Shown here one piece after another: positions 1-10,707 of a DNA stretch of 64,000 nucleotides. The notes under the pieces were generated by a model. The model was not told the DNA's origin. It made no database searches and saw only the letters and a program-made list of their open reading frames with translations. Position 1 is the stretch's first letter, and each line of letters starts with the position of its first letter. Position numbers and translations under genes: made by a program. Location of the stretch: positions 640,001 through 704,000 of the forward strand of contig CAWBZI010000002.1 in NCBI GenBank assembly GCA_963793265.1. Reading direction: 5' to 3'. The stretch is from an uncultured cyanobacterium (lineage in GTDB: Bacteria > Cyanobacteriota > Cyanobacteriia > Phormidesmidales > Phormidesmidaceae).

Positions 1-169
1 ATATAGTTTTGCGATCGCGACTATCATCATCCTCAATAAGCTGCTCTAGCTCCGCCAGCACATCCTCACCATAGGTCACCCGAAACTTCTCTAGCTCCTT
101 TTGGCCCTGTAGCGGCAGCAGGTCTAAATTAACGTAAGCCCTTTGAAATTCCTCAAGCCGAGTAGCCAT
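1..169 (-). CDS. N-terminal part of a probable cyanobacterial P-loop ATP-binding protein (runs off the window start)
   Basis: Hand translation from ATG at 169: MATRLEEFQRAYVNLDLLPLQGQKELEKFRVTYGEDVLAELEQLIEDDDSRDRKTI, open to the edge; resembles N-termini of cyanobacterial ATPases that precede a Walker A motif. Confidence 0.6.
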   Translation of the reverse strand, partial: MATRLEEFQRAYVNLDLLPLQGQKELEKFRVTYGEDVLAELEQLIEDDDSRDRKTI

Positions 170-257
170 AGTCAGTAAACGTAAAGGGTCAGATTTCGAG
201 CGGCACTGTGAATGAAAACGATAATTGGAATATTGCTAAATCCTACTGTATTGCGTT

Positions 258-3200
258 CTATTGCGCTGATAGCCCCGCTTCAATTTCGCCTTCAGCTTCG
301 TGCGCGATCGCCCGCAACCCATCCACCATTTCCTCACTTGCCCCTTCCCACAGTCCCCGCTGATTAGCCTCTAACAATCGCTCCGCCATGTCTCGCAGCG
401 CCCAAGGATTCGATTTTTCAACAAACTCTCGCACCTCAGAATCAAACACATAGGCATTCGCAACACCTTCGTACATATGGTTTTCTACACAGTGCGTTGT
501 GGCATCGTAAGCAAACAGGTAATCAACCGTTGCAGACATCTCAAAAGCGCCCTTATAGCCGTGTCGCATTACGCCTTCGATCCATTTGGGATTAACCACA
601 CGAGAGCGGTAGACTCGGGCGATTTCAGCCTTTAGCGATCGCACCCTCGGCCTCTCAGGCACCGCATTATCGCCAAAGTAAGTCACAGGCGCTTCCCCCT
701 TTTGCGACTTCACCGCCGCCGTCAGCCCGCCTTGGAACTGATAATAGTCATCAGAATCAAGCAAATCATGCTCGCGATTGTCTTGGTTTTGCAACACAAT
801 TTGCATTTGAGCTAGGCGCTGATTAAACGCTTCAGGGGCGCTGTGTCCGTTCGCCTGGCCGGTATAGGCGTAGCCGCTCCAATTGATATAGGCGCGAGCC
901 AAGTCTTCATCACTCTCCCAGTTTTGGGCTTCGATTAACCCTTGCAAACCTGCGCCATAAGCACCGGGTTTAGAGCCAAAGACTCGATAGCGCGATCGCT
1001 CCAAACTCTGCTGATCACTAAGTCCTTCCTTTTTCCAGTAGTGGTAATCCTTCTGCACTTGCCCCGCGAGTGGATTGTCTTCTGCTGATTCATCTAACGC
1101 TGAAACTGCGTTGACCGCCTGATCAAACAGAGAGATTAAATTGGGAAACGCATCGCGGAAGAATCCAGAAACGCGCAAAGTGACATCTACGCGAGGACGA
1201 CCTAACAAAGAGATAGGCAAGATTTCAAAATCCACTACCCGCCGACTAGGGCCGTCCCATACGGGACGGACGCCCAGTAAGGCTAAGGCTTCTGAGATAT
1301 CATCGCCGCCTGTGCGCATCGCCGCAGTTCCCCACATTGAGAGGCCCAGCGTACGGGGATATTCGCCGTTCTCTTGGGTGTAGTTTTCGACGACGATTTC
1401 GGCGGCTTTTCGCCCGACATCCCAGGCGCTTTCGGTGGGAATGGCGCGGATGTCTACGGAGTAGAAGTTGCGGCCTGTCGGGAGAACTTCGGGGCGGTTG
1501 CGGGTAGGTGCGCCTGAGGGGCCGCTGGGAACGTAATCACCATTTAATCCGTTTAGTAGATTTTGAACTTCATCGGTTGTGCGGCGGAGGTTGGGCAGTA
1601 AGAGACGATTAATCCAGTTTAATACCGGCTGGACTGCGGCAGAAGGTGCAGATTCTAGAGTTTCTCTTACCATCGCTTGAACGAGATATTGAGCGTGAGC
1701 TTCAATTTTTTCTACAATGTCGCCAGTCGTACGGCAGTCTTTGAGATGCGGCTGGTTTGTAGAATAGGGCTCTGATAGGTCTGTGGCGAGCGGGTCGAAG
1801 TCCAGGTTCCAGTCTTGGGCGATCGCCCGGCTCAGGCCCATGTGTTCTGAGTTAGGATGACGCGCGATCGCGACCACCAGATCTACAAGCTGCCTTCCTG
1901 TTGGGCACTGTCCGTATATGTGTAAACCATCTCGAATTTGAGCTTCCTTTAGCTCGCAGAGATAGCCGTCGATTTGAGGAAGCCAGGTTTGTAGAGTATC
2001 TGAGCTTTCTACGGGGGAAAGGTTCAAATCCTGTTGAAGCTGGGTGCTTTTGAGCAGCGCAACAATTTTGTTCGCGATTAAAGGTAGGCGCGTCGGGTCT
2101 AAATTTTGAGCTTCGTAGTACTCATCAACCAGGCTCTCTAGCTGCTGTAAGGGGCCGTAGAGTTCAGCGCGGGTCATTGGAGGCGTGAGGTGATCGAGAA
2201 TGACGGCTTGCGATCGCCTTTTTGCCTGTGCCCCTTCGCCTGGATCATTCACAATAAACGGATAAAAGTGCGGCATTGGGCCAAAAGCGGCCTCTGGATA
2301 GCACTCATTCGATAGCGCAATACCCTTGCCCGGTAGCCATTCCAAATTGCCATGCTTACCAACATGAACCATCGCATCAGCTTCAAAATGGTGGCGGAGC
2401 CAGTGATAAAACCCTAAGTAGGCGTGAGTAGGCTCTAAATCTGGGGCGTGATAGTTCAAGCTTGGATCAATGTCGTAGCCTCGGCTCGGCTGAATGCCTA
2501 CAAACACATTGCCAAACTGAACGCCGGGGATAGGCATTGCTGTCGCAGATTCCGACTGCGCGGCAGGTGAAAAACGCTGCCACTCTTCAATTGCAGTTCC
2601 CCACCTTTTCGACACGCCCGACTGTACTAAATTCGGAAGCGTTTCAAAAAACTGCTGATAGTCTGTCTCGCTGAGCGTTTGAGCGCTTGGCTTTAGACCA
2701 TAGCCTTCAGGATCGTTGGTGATGCCATCAGTCAGTTGCGACATCAGGTCATCGCCCGTTTCAGGTAGCGAGCTAAGGGTATAGCCTGCCTGCTGCAAAG
2801 CCTTGAGGATTTGCAGGCAGCTTGCAGGGGTATCGAGGCCAACACCGTTCGCAATACGGCCATCGCGGTTAGGGTAGTTGGCTAAAATAAGCGCGATTTT
2901 GCGGTCTTCGACAGGCGTGTGCTTGAGGTGAATCCAGCGGGCAGCTAGGTCAGCGACAAAATCGACGCGATCGCCCACCGGCTCATAGAGCACCACATCC
3001 GTTTGCAACTGACCGCTATCACCCTCTTTCTGCGTCGCCTTAAAAGACACCGTTCGCGTGATGATGCGACCATCAACTTCAGGCAGCGCCACATTCATCG
3101 CAATATCCCGTGGCGTTAAGCCCTGAGGATGACTTTGCCAGTGTTCTAAGGCGCTGCCGCTACAGATGGCCTGAAGCACGGGGACGTTTAGCGATCGCCA

Positions 3201-4358
3201 CAGGTTGAATTTTTCTCTGTGCTGAGTAGCGCCTTTAGCAGATTGAGCGATCGCATCGTTCAGACTCGTAATAGCAAAGCTAGTGGTGTTGATCAACAAA
3301 TCAATCGGCGGACTGTCTTGAGCTTGGCCCAGGTCTTGATTCTGGCCCAGACAGTAGCGCAATAGCGCCTGCTGAATATCAGCATCTTTGAGAGACGACA
3401 CGTAAATAGGCAGCGCCTGCAAACCGCGCTGATGCAAAGCAGCTGATATAGCGTCAATAACTTTAGTATTTCCTGCCAAATAGTGTGCTCTGTAAAAGAG
3501 AACGCCGACTACAGATTTTTTTGGCGTATTTTCAATCGATTCAGCAAACCCTTCATCGTTAGTTAGATGACTCTGAGATCCGCTTAATATTTGTTCATTA
3601 AATGGGGCATTAAAAGTTCCCTTTCTTAATGTTTTGAACAGAATGTTTGGGTTAATAAACGTTTTGTTTTCAATCTCACTTTTAGCCGTTGTTTGTAGTG
3701 ATGAATTCTCTGCCAGAACGGAATCTATAGAAGGTCTTAAATTCTGATTTGAATAGCTAATCAAAGTGTCATTTGATAGGCTAGTCAGAGGCGTTTCAAA
3801 GATCTTCGCTGAAGTATAAATACCTACCTTAGGAATGGTCTGAGGGGGCAGCGGATGATACTGAGTTGAAAGCGTGCGATCGCTGGCATACAGCAGCCCG
3901 TTAACCCAGTTGATAACGCCCCCTTCATTGAAATATTGCCAGAGCTGATTGACCACAGACAGCGGCACTGTAGAGTGACTCATTAAGTCTAAATCTGGGC
4001 GATCGTCGCCCGGAATAACTACCAGCGCTGCGCCTGTTTCAGCCACCAGCGCCTTAACAACCTCTAGCCCGTAGGCCCAGTAGGCCCTACCGCCTAGCAC
4101 GCGCAAGATAATCAGTCGAGCGTGGCGTAGTACTGCTTCAGCATAAGTATCAATACTGAGCTGTTGCTGAAGCTGAAGCAGGTTGACACAGCGGATATCA
4201 CTGAAGCTTTTAGGAAGCTTAGCCGCCGCTTGGTTAAGCGCTGAAATATCGGTATCTGCAGCCGTCAAAATAATAATTGGAGCAGGCGTTTGTTCAATAA
4301 AAACGACACCTTCTACGCCGCTGTTCCATCCGCCTGGAGTGGCTGCTAAACGATGCAT
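258..4358 (-). CDS. cobN: cobaltochelatase subunit CobN
   Basis: MHRLAATPGGW start, GKHGNLEWLPGK, PTGRNFYSVD, RVVNPKWIEG motifs; start placed at ATG 4358. Confidence 0.97.
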   Translation of the reverse strand: MHRLAATPGGWNSGVEGVVFIEQTPAPIIILTAADTDISALNQAAAKLPKSFSDIRCVNLLQLQQQLSIDTYAEAVLRHARLIILRVLGGRAYWAYGLEVVKALVAETGAALVVIPGDDRPDLDLMSHSTVPLSVVNQLWQYFNEGGVINWVNGLLYASDRTLSTQYHPLPPQTIPKVGIYTSAKIFETPLTSLSNDTLISYSNQNLRPSIDSVLAENSSLQTTAKSEIENKTFINPNILFKTLRKGTFNAPFNEQILSGSQSHLTNDEGFAESIENTPKKSVVGVLFYRAHYLAGNTKVIDAISAALHQRGLQALPIYVSSLKDADIQQALLRYCLGQNQDLGQAQDSPPIDLLINTTSFAITSLNDAIAQSAKGATQHREKFNLWRSLNVPVLQAICSGSALEHWQSHPQGLTPRDIAMNVALPEVDGRIITRTVSFKATQKEGDSGQLQTDVVLYEPVGDRVDFVADLAARWIHLKHTPVEDRKIALILANYPNRDGRIANGVGLDTPASCLQILKALQQAGYTLSSLPETGDDLMSQLTDGITNDPEGYGLKPSAQTLSETDYQQFFETLPNLVQSGVSKRWGTAIEEWQRFSPAAQSESATAMPIPGVQFGNVFVGIQPSRGYDIDPSLNYHAPDLEPTHAYLGFYHWLRHHFEADAMVHVGKHGNLEWLPGKGIALSNECYPEAAFGPMPHFYPFIVNDPGEGAQAKRRSQAVILDHLTPPMTRAELYGPLQQLESLVDEYYEAQNLDPTRLPLIANKIVALLKSTQLQQDLNLSPVESSDTLQTWLPQIDGYLCELKEAQIRDGLHIYGQCPTGRQLVDLVVAIARHPNSEHMGLSRAIAQDWNLDFDPLATDLSEPYSTNQPHLKDCRTTGDIVEKIEAHAQYLVQAMVRETLESAPSAAVQPVLNWINRLLLPNLRRTTDEVQNLLNGLNGDYVPSGPSGAPTRNRPEVLPTGRNFYSVDIRAIPTESAWDVGRKAAEIVVENYTQENGEYPRTLGLSMWGTAAMRTGGDDISEALALLGVRPVWDGPSRRVVDFEILPISLLGRPRVDVTLRVSGFFRDAFPNLISLFDQAVNAVSALDESAEDNPLAGQVQKDYHYWKKEGLSDQQSLERSRYRVFGSKPGAYGAGLQGLIEAQNWESDEDLARAYINWSGYAYTGQANGHSAPEAFNQRLAQMQIVLQNQDNREHDLLDSDDYYQFQGGLTAAVKSQKGEAPVTYFGDNAVPERPRVRSLKAEIARVYRSRVVNPKWIEGVMRHGYKGAFEMSATVDYLFAYDATTHCVENHMYEGVANAYVFDSEVREFVEKSNPWALRDMAERLLEANQRGLWEGASEEMVDGLRAIAHEAEGEIEAGLSAQ

Positions 4359-4540
4359 AAATACCTGAAATATAAAAGAACTATTGGGATAATTGCGAAT
4401 GCGCAAAACCGGACGTTAGGATGCAGACGAAGCAGTACTCAAAGCCCACAATAATTATGTTCTAAAGGTGAGCTTTGAATAGATCTGACGAGCGGTCGCG
4501 ATCGCTAATCTATCAGCACTAATTCTGTCATAACGCATTA

Positions 4541-4612
4541 TCCAAAACGCTAAGTCCAAAACGCTAAGTCCAAAACGCTAAGTCCAAAACGCTAAGTCCA
4601 AAACGCTAAGTC
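4541..4612. repeat. tandem repeat, 5 perfect copies of TCCAAAACGCTAAG (14 bp)
   Basis: Read directly; lies between divergent cobN and cikA. Confidence 0.97.
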
Positions 4613-4762
4613 GAGTCCAGGTATTTTTTCTCCGGCTACCTAAACACCACCTTGCGTACCATCACACCATTGAGTATCCCAGACAACACGCTTAGTCCGC
4701 GCGAATCTATGAACGCGAGGCCATAGCCAACTTACATTTTTCCTTCTTTTGTACCCTCAAGA

Positions 4763-7297
4763 ATGCAAACTTCTGAACACCTCATTGCCTATCAAACGGT
4801 TTCTCTTTCAGCCTATGAGCGGCTGAGAGAAACCTTGACACAGCAGAAGCATGTGTTTGAGTCGGTTCTCACAGAACGGGACGCCAGAATTAGTCCATTA
4901 GGCATAGCAAGCTTTGTGCTGATGCGATCGCCTACGCTGAACGTGTTACTCACAGCATCCCCCATTGCGGCACCGTCGCTGGTTACTCAAGCAGCTTCCT
5001 TGACAGCAGCGAGAATGGAGCATCATCCTTTGGCCAGCAAACACGCTCGGTTCCAGGGAAAGGATCGTGAGCAGGTTTTTGAGTCAGCTGAAAGCGCGGG
5101 GAAAGAGTACAGAGTTGGGCTGACGTTTGATAACAGAGCGATCGCAGTATTCATCAATCGTTTGAGAGCCCTACAACCAGTGCAGCAGCTCACACCATCT
5201 TCCGCTCATCAGAACGATGTTCAAAACATTCAAAACAACATTCAGCTTGATATTCACGATGATGGCCACAGCAATGCAACCGATGATAAAAAGCTCATCG
5301 CGCAAAAAGCCTTCGTCTTGACGTGGGCCAAAAGCCTAGCCACATCGCCTGAAGGCGACACTCAGCCAACCAAATCTACGCTCGACAATCAGCTACAGCA
5401 GAGTCTCCTGCTCGATCAGGTGATTACCCGCATCCGCCATAGCCTAGATCTCTCCGCGATTTTGGAAACGACCGTCGCCCAGGTCAGGGAATTTTTATCA
5501 GCCGATCGGCTAGTGCTTTATCAGTTTGATCAGTTTGAGTTTACTGACGATCTTCAGCCGTCAGATGGTCAGGACGCAAGCACCGATTTTACTAGCCCTC
5601 AAGCAATAAATAACCTCTCAGCAGCGGCTGTTATTGAGCAGGAAATGAGGGCTCAACGGCTTGCCAGAGCAGCCACTCAGTCACCTGATGATCAGACATC
5701 AAGCCGTCAGCACGGCCAGTCAGTATTAGGCCAGTACGCACACTCAGGACACGTCACCTACGAGGCGCGAGTATCTGCAGAGATTCCTTCAGTCCTGCAT
5801 ATAGCAGAAGAAGAATGCTTTGAACCTTCTTTACCTATGCGCACCCGGTACCTAATGGGACAGCCGATTGCGATTGATGATGTAGAAAAGCAGTATGCAA
5901 AGGTTCCTTGTCTGCTGACTTTTTTACAGCAAGCCAAAGTAAAGTCAAAAATTATTGCCCCTATTCTTGTCAAAGATCGGCTTTGGGGGCTGCTGATTGC
6001 GCATCAGTGCCAAGATTACCGGCACTGGGAAGAAACTGAGGCGACGTTTTTACAGCATATTGCTGAGCACCTAGCTGTTGCTATTAGCCAGGCTTCGCTG
6101 TATCAACAGCTTCGCCAGCAGACCGTTAGCTTAGAAAGCTGCGTCATCGAGCGTACGCAAAGCCTGCATGACGCGCTAATGGCCGCAGAATCAGCCAATA
6201 TCACTAAAGGCGAGTTTCTTTCGACGATGAGCCATGAGCTGAGAACGCCACTTACTTACATTATCGGGATGTCAGCAACACTATTGCGCTGGTCGTTTGG
6301 CGATCTTAACGAGCGTCAGCGCAGCTATCTAAAAACGATCAACCAAAGCGGCGAACAACTGCTCGAAATCATCAACAATATTCTTGAGTTTGCCAGCGTC
6401 GAGTCTGGGCGATCGCTCCTCGACTTCAGCGAGCTTTCGCTGAGCCAGCTTACCAATAGCGTCATCGCCCAGCATCAGGACATGGCCGAAAAGCAAGACG
6501 TGACGTTGACCTTGCACTCCAAGCTTAGAGCCGTAGACGACCGCTTCGTTGCCGATCCTAAACGCCTGCAGCAGATTCTCTCTAATTTGCTACACAATGC
6601 CATCAAATTTACTGGCGGCGGCGGTCAGGTCAACGTACACGCATGGCGAGAAGCACAGACGACCGTTTTTCAAATTAAAGACACAGGCATTGGTATTCCT
6701 GAATCGCAGCAAGACGTACTGTTTGAAAAGTTTAAGCAGCTAGAGTCTCCTTTTCAGCGGCAGTACTCAGGAACCGGACTGGGCTTAGCGATGACAAAGC
6801 GCCTAGTAGAACTGCACGGCGGCACGATTCAAATCAAATCGAAAGTAGGTGCAGGATCTACGTTCACGGTACGGTTGCCGGTACAGCAAAAGCCTGCGCA
6901 CTCACCGCACTATCAGGTGCCTTCGACGCTTAGAGAAGGGCCTGAGCGCGTGATTTTGCTAGAGAAAGATGAGAATAATGCTGCGATCGCCTGCGAAATG
7001 CTAACCGCTGCTGGATACGAAGTCATTTGGCTAGTCGAATCAGATCGGCTGGCCGGACAACTTGAGCTACTACAGCCCATTATGCTGATCGCCGATCTGT
7101 CTTTATTAGATCCCAAAGTCAGCGATATCAAAGAAATTCAGCACTCCATCACATCACTCAATGCAAAAGTGCTGGCGCTTTCTGCTCATCAAGAGCTGCT
7201 GCCTTCGGCCATGGCCCACCATGACGTGCTGCGTAAGCCCATCGATCCTAAAGCGCTATTAGCCAAAGTACGACAGCTCATGCAACCGGTTGCATAA
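4763..7297 (+). CDS. cikA: circadian input kinase CikA-like (GAF, histidine kinase, pseudo-receiver)
   Basis: GAF (QVITRIRHSLDL), H-box MSHELRTPLT, LLRWSFG, N/G boxes (NAIKFT, DTGIGI, GTGLGL), C-terminal degenerate receiver. Confidence 0.85.
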   Translation: MQTSEHLIAYQTVSLSAYERLRETLTQQKHVFESVLTERDARISPLGIASFVLMRSPTLNVLLTASPIAAPSLVTQAASLTAARMEHHPLASKHARFQGKDREQVFESAESAGKEYRVGLTFDNRAIAVFINRLRALQPVQQLTPSSAHQNDVQNIQNNIQLDIHDDGHSNATDDKKLIAQKAFVLTWAKSLATSPEGDTQPTKSTLDNQLQQSLLLDQVITRIRHSLDLSAILETTVAQVREFLSADRLVLYQFDQFEFTDDLQPSDGQDASTDFTSPQAINNLSAAAVIEQEMRAQRLARAATQSPDDQTSSRQHGQSVLGQYAHSGHVTYEARVSAEIPSVLHIAEEECFEPSLPMRTRYLMGQPIAIDDVEKQYAKVPCLLTFLQQAKVKSKIIAPILVKDRLWGLLIAHQCQDYRHWEETEATFLQHIAEHLAVAISQASLYQQLRQQTVSLESCVIERTQSLHDALMAAESANITKGEFLSTMSHELRTPLTYIIGMSATLLRWSFGDLNERQRSYLKTINQSGEQLLEIINNILEFASVESGRSLLDFSELSLSQLTNSVIAQHQDMAEKQDVTLTLHSKLRAVDDRFVADPKRLQQILSNLLHNAIKFTGGGGQVNVHAWREAQTTVFQIKDTGIGIPESQQDVLFEKFKQLESPFQRQYSGTGLGLAMTKRLVELHGGTIQIKSKVGAGSTFTVRLPVQQKPAHSPHYQVPSTLREGPERVILLEKDENNAAIACEMLTAAGYEVIWLVESDRLAGQLELLQPIMLIADLSLLDPKVSDIKEIQHSITSLNAKVLALSAHQELLPSAMAHHDVLRKPIDPKALLAKVRQLMQPVA

Positions 7298-7628
7298 GGC
7301 ATTTGAAAATAAATACGTCTCAAGTGGATGCGTGTTATCACTTAGGATTGAGTAGCAAAAGTGAGTTTTGTATTTTTAGACACATTTTCAGGAATGGCTA
7401 TACGGGTTTCTTAATCAATCAAGTAATCTTGAATTAGGAATACTTATCAACACATATAGCTTCCGGGATGCATCAGTATTTCGGGGTACATTACCTCAAA
7501 TACCTTAATCGTGTTGAGTGAAAAAGGTCTGCTGAGCGCTAAAAAGGTAGCCGCTGAGTCTACAAGACCTGATTTTGTCCGGTATAAATACTTAGTTCAG
7601 TTTCTCACACCCCCTATTTACACTCTGT

Positions 7629-8285
7629 ATGAAGCGACTTTCTTCTTTCATGCTACGTTGGTCTTTGCCTTTACTAAAGCGCCAGAACAAGCGTTTTTCG
7701 TACGGCGGGTTGCTGCTAGCAGGTAGCCTCATGTTTGCAGGACTCAGCGAAGTAGCCCCCCAAGCCTTGCGGCAGGCAGCAACAGCGCTGCCAGATACTC
7801 AGATTGCAAGAAGTAGTGAGCCCTGGCAAATTGCTTCTTTTCCGGTAGAAGGGTTCCAGGCTTATACCTCTCCGTTTGGCTATCGTTCATCGGGCTTTCA
7901 TTACGGCCTGGATATTGCTGCGCCAACGGGTAGCTACATTCGTAGCTGGTGGGAAGGACAGGTCGTCGAAGTCTCTGACGATAGCGCCTGTGGAACCTCT
8001 GTAGTGGTTGAATCAGGCGATTGGATGCATGTGTACTGTCATATGCAAGGCTATGTGACCACCGACCGGGGTCGTAAGGTGTTTGTAGACAGCAGGGGCG
8101 GTCTGCGGATTGCTGAAGGGCAAGAGATTGGCACGGGCGATCGCATTGGCAGAGTCGGCATGACGGGGCGCACCACAGGCCCTCACCTCCACTGGGGAAT
8201 GCGCTATCAGGGTGACTGGGTTGATCCTGGCCTGGTGCTTCAGGCCATGGCTGACGGTCAGCGTCGCGCGTCTTTGCCCCGCTAG
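7629..8285 (+). CDS. M23 family metallopeptidase
   Basis: HYGLDIAAP and TTGPHLHWG zinc motifs. Confidence 0.92.
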   Translation: MKRLSSFMLRWSLPLLKRQNKRFSYGGLLLAGSLMFAGLSEVAPQALRQAATALPDTQIARSSEPWQIASFPVEGFQAYTSPFGYRSSGFHYGLDIAAPTGSYIRSWWEGQVVEVSDDSACGTSVVVESGDWMHVYCHMQGYVTTDRGRKVFVDSRGGLRIAEGQEIGTGDRIGRVGMTGRTTGPHLHWGMRYQGDWVDPGLVLQAMADGQRRASLPR

Positions 8286-8318
8286 AGAATAGACGGCTTG
8301 TGCAGTTTACTTTCACAG

Positions 8319-8357
8319 CAAAAGCCCTGAGTGGATATATCCGCTCAGGGCTTTTTG
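8319..8357. terminator. bidirectional intrinsic terminator
   Basis: aaaagccctgagtgga-tata-tccgctcagggcttttt between convergent M23 and ftsH genes. Confidence 0.85.
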
Positions 8358-8402
8358 TTAGTCTTGCTTCCGATCAGATGTACGTCTTCAATCCTAGCGA
8401 GG

Positions 8403-10493
8403 TTAGGAGGCGGGAGCCTTTGGCCTTGCAATCGTAGTCAGAACCTTTTCAGGCAGTTGAGTGTACTCGCTCACGATGCCGCGAAACTCTTCACCGTCAA
8501 TCGTCTCTTTCTCAATCAGCGTATCGACCAGCCGATCGACCAGCGAGCGGTTGCTGCGAATGATCTCAATGGCTTTATCCAGGCTCTCTTGCGCGATCGC
8601 CCGCACCTTCTCATCAATCTTAGTGGCCAGCTCATCAGAATATTCATGACCGCCGCCCATCAAGTTACTCTGACCGAGGAAAGGCTGTGAGTTTTCACTT
8701 TCTAGCGCAAACGATCCTAGCTCAGTCATGCCAAACCGGGTCACCATCTGCCGAGCAATCCGGCTAACCTGCTCAATGTCGCTGCTAGCCCCAACCGTCA
8801 CTTCATCATGACCAAAAATCACTTCTTCAGCCGCACGACCGCCTAGCGCCACCACTAGCTGATCAACAATCTCACCATACGAAACCAGGCCATCGTCTAC
8901 CTGTTCTTCTTTAGGTAAGAAGCTGGCAAAGCCACCCACCCCACCAGAGCGTGGAATAATCGTGACTTTGTTCAGCGGATTAGCGTGTTTGCACAGCGTC
9001 GCAGTCAGCGCATGGCCGACTTCGTGATAGGCCACCAGTCGCTTTTTCTTGCTGTCTAGCAAAGGCGTCAGGCTCAGGCCCATCGTGAGGCGATCAATCG
9101 CGTCGTTCACTTCGAGCATGGTGACGGCATCTTTGCGACGGCGAGCGGTGAGAATGGCTGCTTCGTTGAGCAGGTTAGCAAGCTGAGCACCTGAGAAGCC
9201 GGGGGTGCGGCGGGCGATCGCCTCCATTTTCACACCGTCCTCAATCTTCTTATCGCGCGCGTGCACCTGCAAAATGCCCAGACGACCTTTGTACCCAGGC
9301 AAATCAACCGATACCTGACGGTCAAATCTGCCGGGCCGCAGCAGCGCCGAGTCCAAAACATCAGGACGGTTCGTCGCCGCGATAATGATAATGCCGCTAT
9401 TGCCTTCAAAACCATCCATTTCAGTCAGGAGCTGGTTAAGCGTTTGCTCGCGCTCATCATTACCGCCGCCAATGCCCGTACCGCGCTGACGACCTACCGC
9501 ATCAATCTCATCAATAAAGACGATACAAGGCGCGCTTTCTTTCGCTTTTTTGAACAGGTCACGGACGCGAGAAGCGCCCACACCGACAAACATCTCAACG
9601 AATTCTGAACCCGAAATGCTAAAGAAAGGCGTACCGGCTTCACCTGCGATCGCCTTGGCCAAAAGCGTCTTACCCGTTCCAGGCGGCCCTACCAGCAGCA
9701 CACCTTTAGGAATTCTGGCCCCAATCGCCGTAAAGCGCTCTGGATTTTTCAAAAAGGTCACCACTTCTTGCAGCTCCTCTTTAGCCTCATCAATCCCGGC
9801 TACATCATCAAACATCACGCCCGTTTTTGCTTCCATCTGAAAGCGAGCCTTGGACTTACCGAAGCTCATCGCCCCGCCGCCCGATCCGGCTGACTTGCGC
9901 AACAGCATCAGCATGGCAAAAATCACCAGCACAGCGATAAAAGCCGTGGTCGCGAAGCTAGTAATAGCGCTGTTATCGGCATTGCGAGCGGCTTCCCACT
10001 CGACGTTATTCGCCTGCAAACGCTCCTGCAAATCCAGGTTCTTATCGTTTGCAAATATCTCAACGCGGCGCGGGTCAGCGTCCGGCGGGTCATTCCTTAG
10101 CCTTACGCTGGCAACACCGTTGAGCTGATCGAGCGAAACCTCTTTTACTTCGCCGTTGTCAATCTTTTCGAGCAGTTGGCTGTAGGTAAGTTCGTCCTCT
10201 TCGCCGTCTTCTGCCGCTTCACCATCTAGCGTCGCTGCGGGTGGGGTTTGCTGCTCAACCTCAGTAACATTTGGGGTGTCGGCATCTTGAGCGATCGCAG
10301 GTGATAAGGCCATCAGTCCACCATGACCTAGCAGCAGCGTTACCGCCAAAGTGCTCGCAGAAAGTGCGCCTAGCCTGGCGCGAAGGGAATACCGTTTCGA
10401 GCGCCTATTCTGGCACTTAGCCATGCGGGTTTGAGCGCGCCGATACGTCCGGTTAGTCGCGGACTGGTCTTTCTGAAAAGAAGGTTTGGTCAT
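8403..10493 (-). CDS. ftsH: ATP-dependent zinc metalloprotease FtsH
   Basis: Walker A GPPGTGKT, Walker [27 protein letters not shown] zinc motif, TM segments. Confidence 0.97.
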   Translation of the reverse strand: MTKPSFQKDQSATNRTYRRAQTRMAKCQNRRSKRYSLRARLGALSASTLAVTLLLGHGGLMALSPAIAQDADTPNVTEVEQQTPPAATLDGEAAEDGEEDELTYSQLLEKIDNGEVKEVSLDQLNGVASVRLRNDPPDADPRRVEIFANDKNLDLQERLQANNVEWEAARNADNSAITSFATTAFIAVLVIFAMLMLLRKSAGSGGGAMSFGKSKARFQMEAKTGVMFDDVAGIDEAKEELQEVVTFLKNPERFTAIGARIPKGVLLVGPPGTGKTLLAKAIAGEAGTPFFSISGSEFVEMFVGVGASRVRDLFKKAKESAPCIVFIDEIDAVGRQRGTGIGGGNDEREQTLNQLLTEMDGFEGNSGIIIIAATNRPDVLDSALLRPGRFDRQVSVDLPGYKGRLGILQVHARDKKIEDGVKMEAIARRTPGFSGAQLANLLNEAAILTARRRKDAVTMLEVNDAIDRLTMGLSLTPLLDSKKKRLVAYHEVGHALTATLCKHANPLNKVTIIPRSGGVGGFASFLPKEEQVDDGLVSYGEIVDQLVVALGGRAAEEVIFGHDEVTVGASSDIEQVSRIARQMVTRFGMTELGSFALESENSQPFLGQSNLMGGGHEYSDELATKIDEKVRAIAQESLDKAIEIIRSNRSLVDRLVDTLIEKETIDGEEFRGIVSEYTQLPEKVLTTIARPKAPAS

Positions 10494-10707
10494 CGAGCTG
10501 ATAGGTTAAAGGCCACTGCCATCACGTTGATATCCGATTAGTCTAACCCCATAGCCCAATAACTAACCGCTCAAAGACAGAACTCCATAAACTTAAGATG
10601 AAATTTCAGGAAATATACGCAGAGTTTGCCGCTAAGTCGCTGCCGACAATGGAGGGTATCTATATATTTCAGTCTTAATTTTTAAGTTTTGATGGAGCGC
10701 TGACGCT

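Noticed and set aside
3516..3814. Intein or intron in cobN
   Set aside because: No splice-junction residues or endonuclease motifs; the frame is continuous
4359..4540. Cobalamin riboswitch upstream of cobN
   Set aside because: No recognisable B12-box seen by eye; an Rfam scan would be needed to exclude it
4541..4612. Possible CRISPR array
   Set aside because: Units are 14 bp and contiguous, with no spacers and no cas genes nearby
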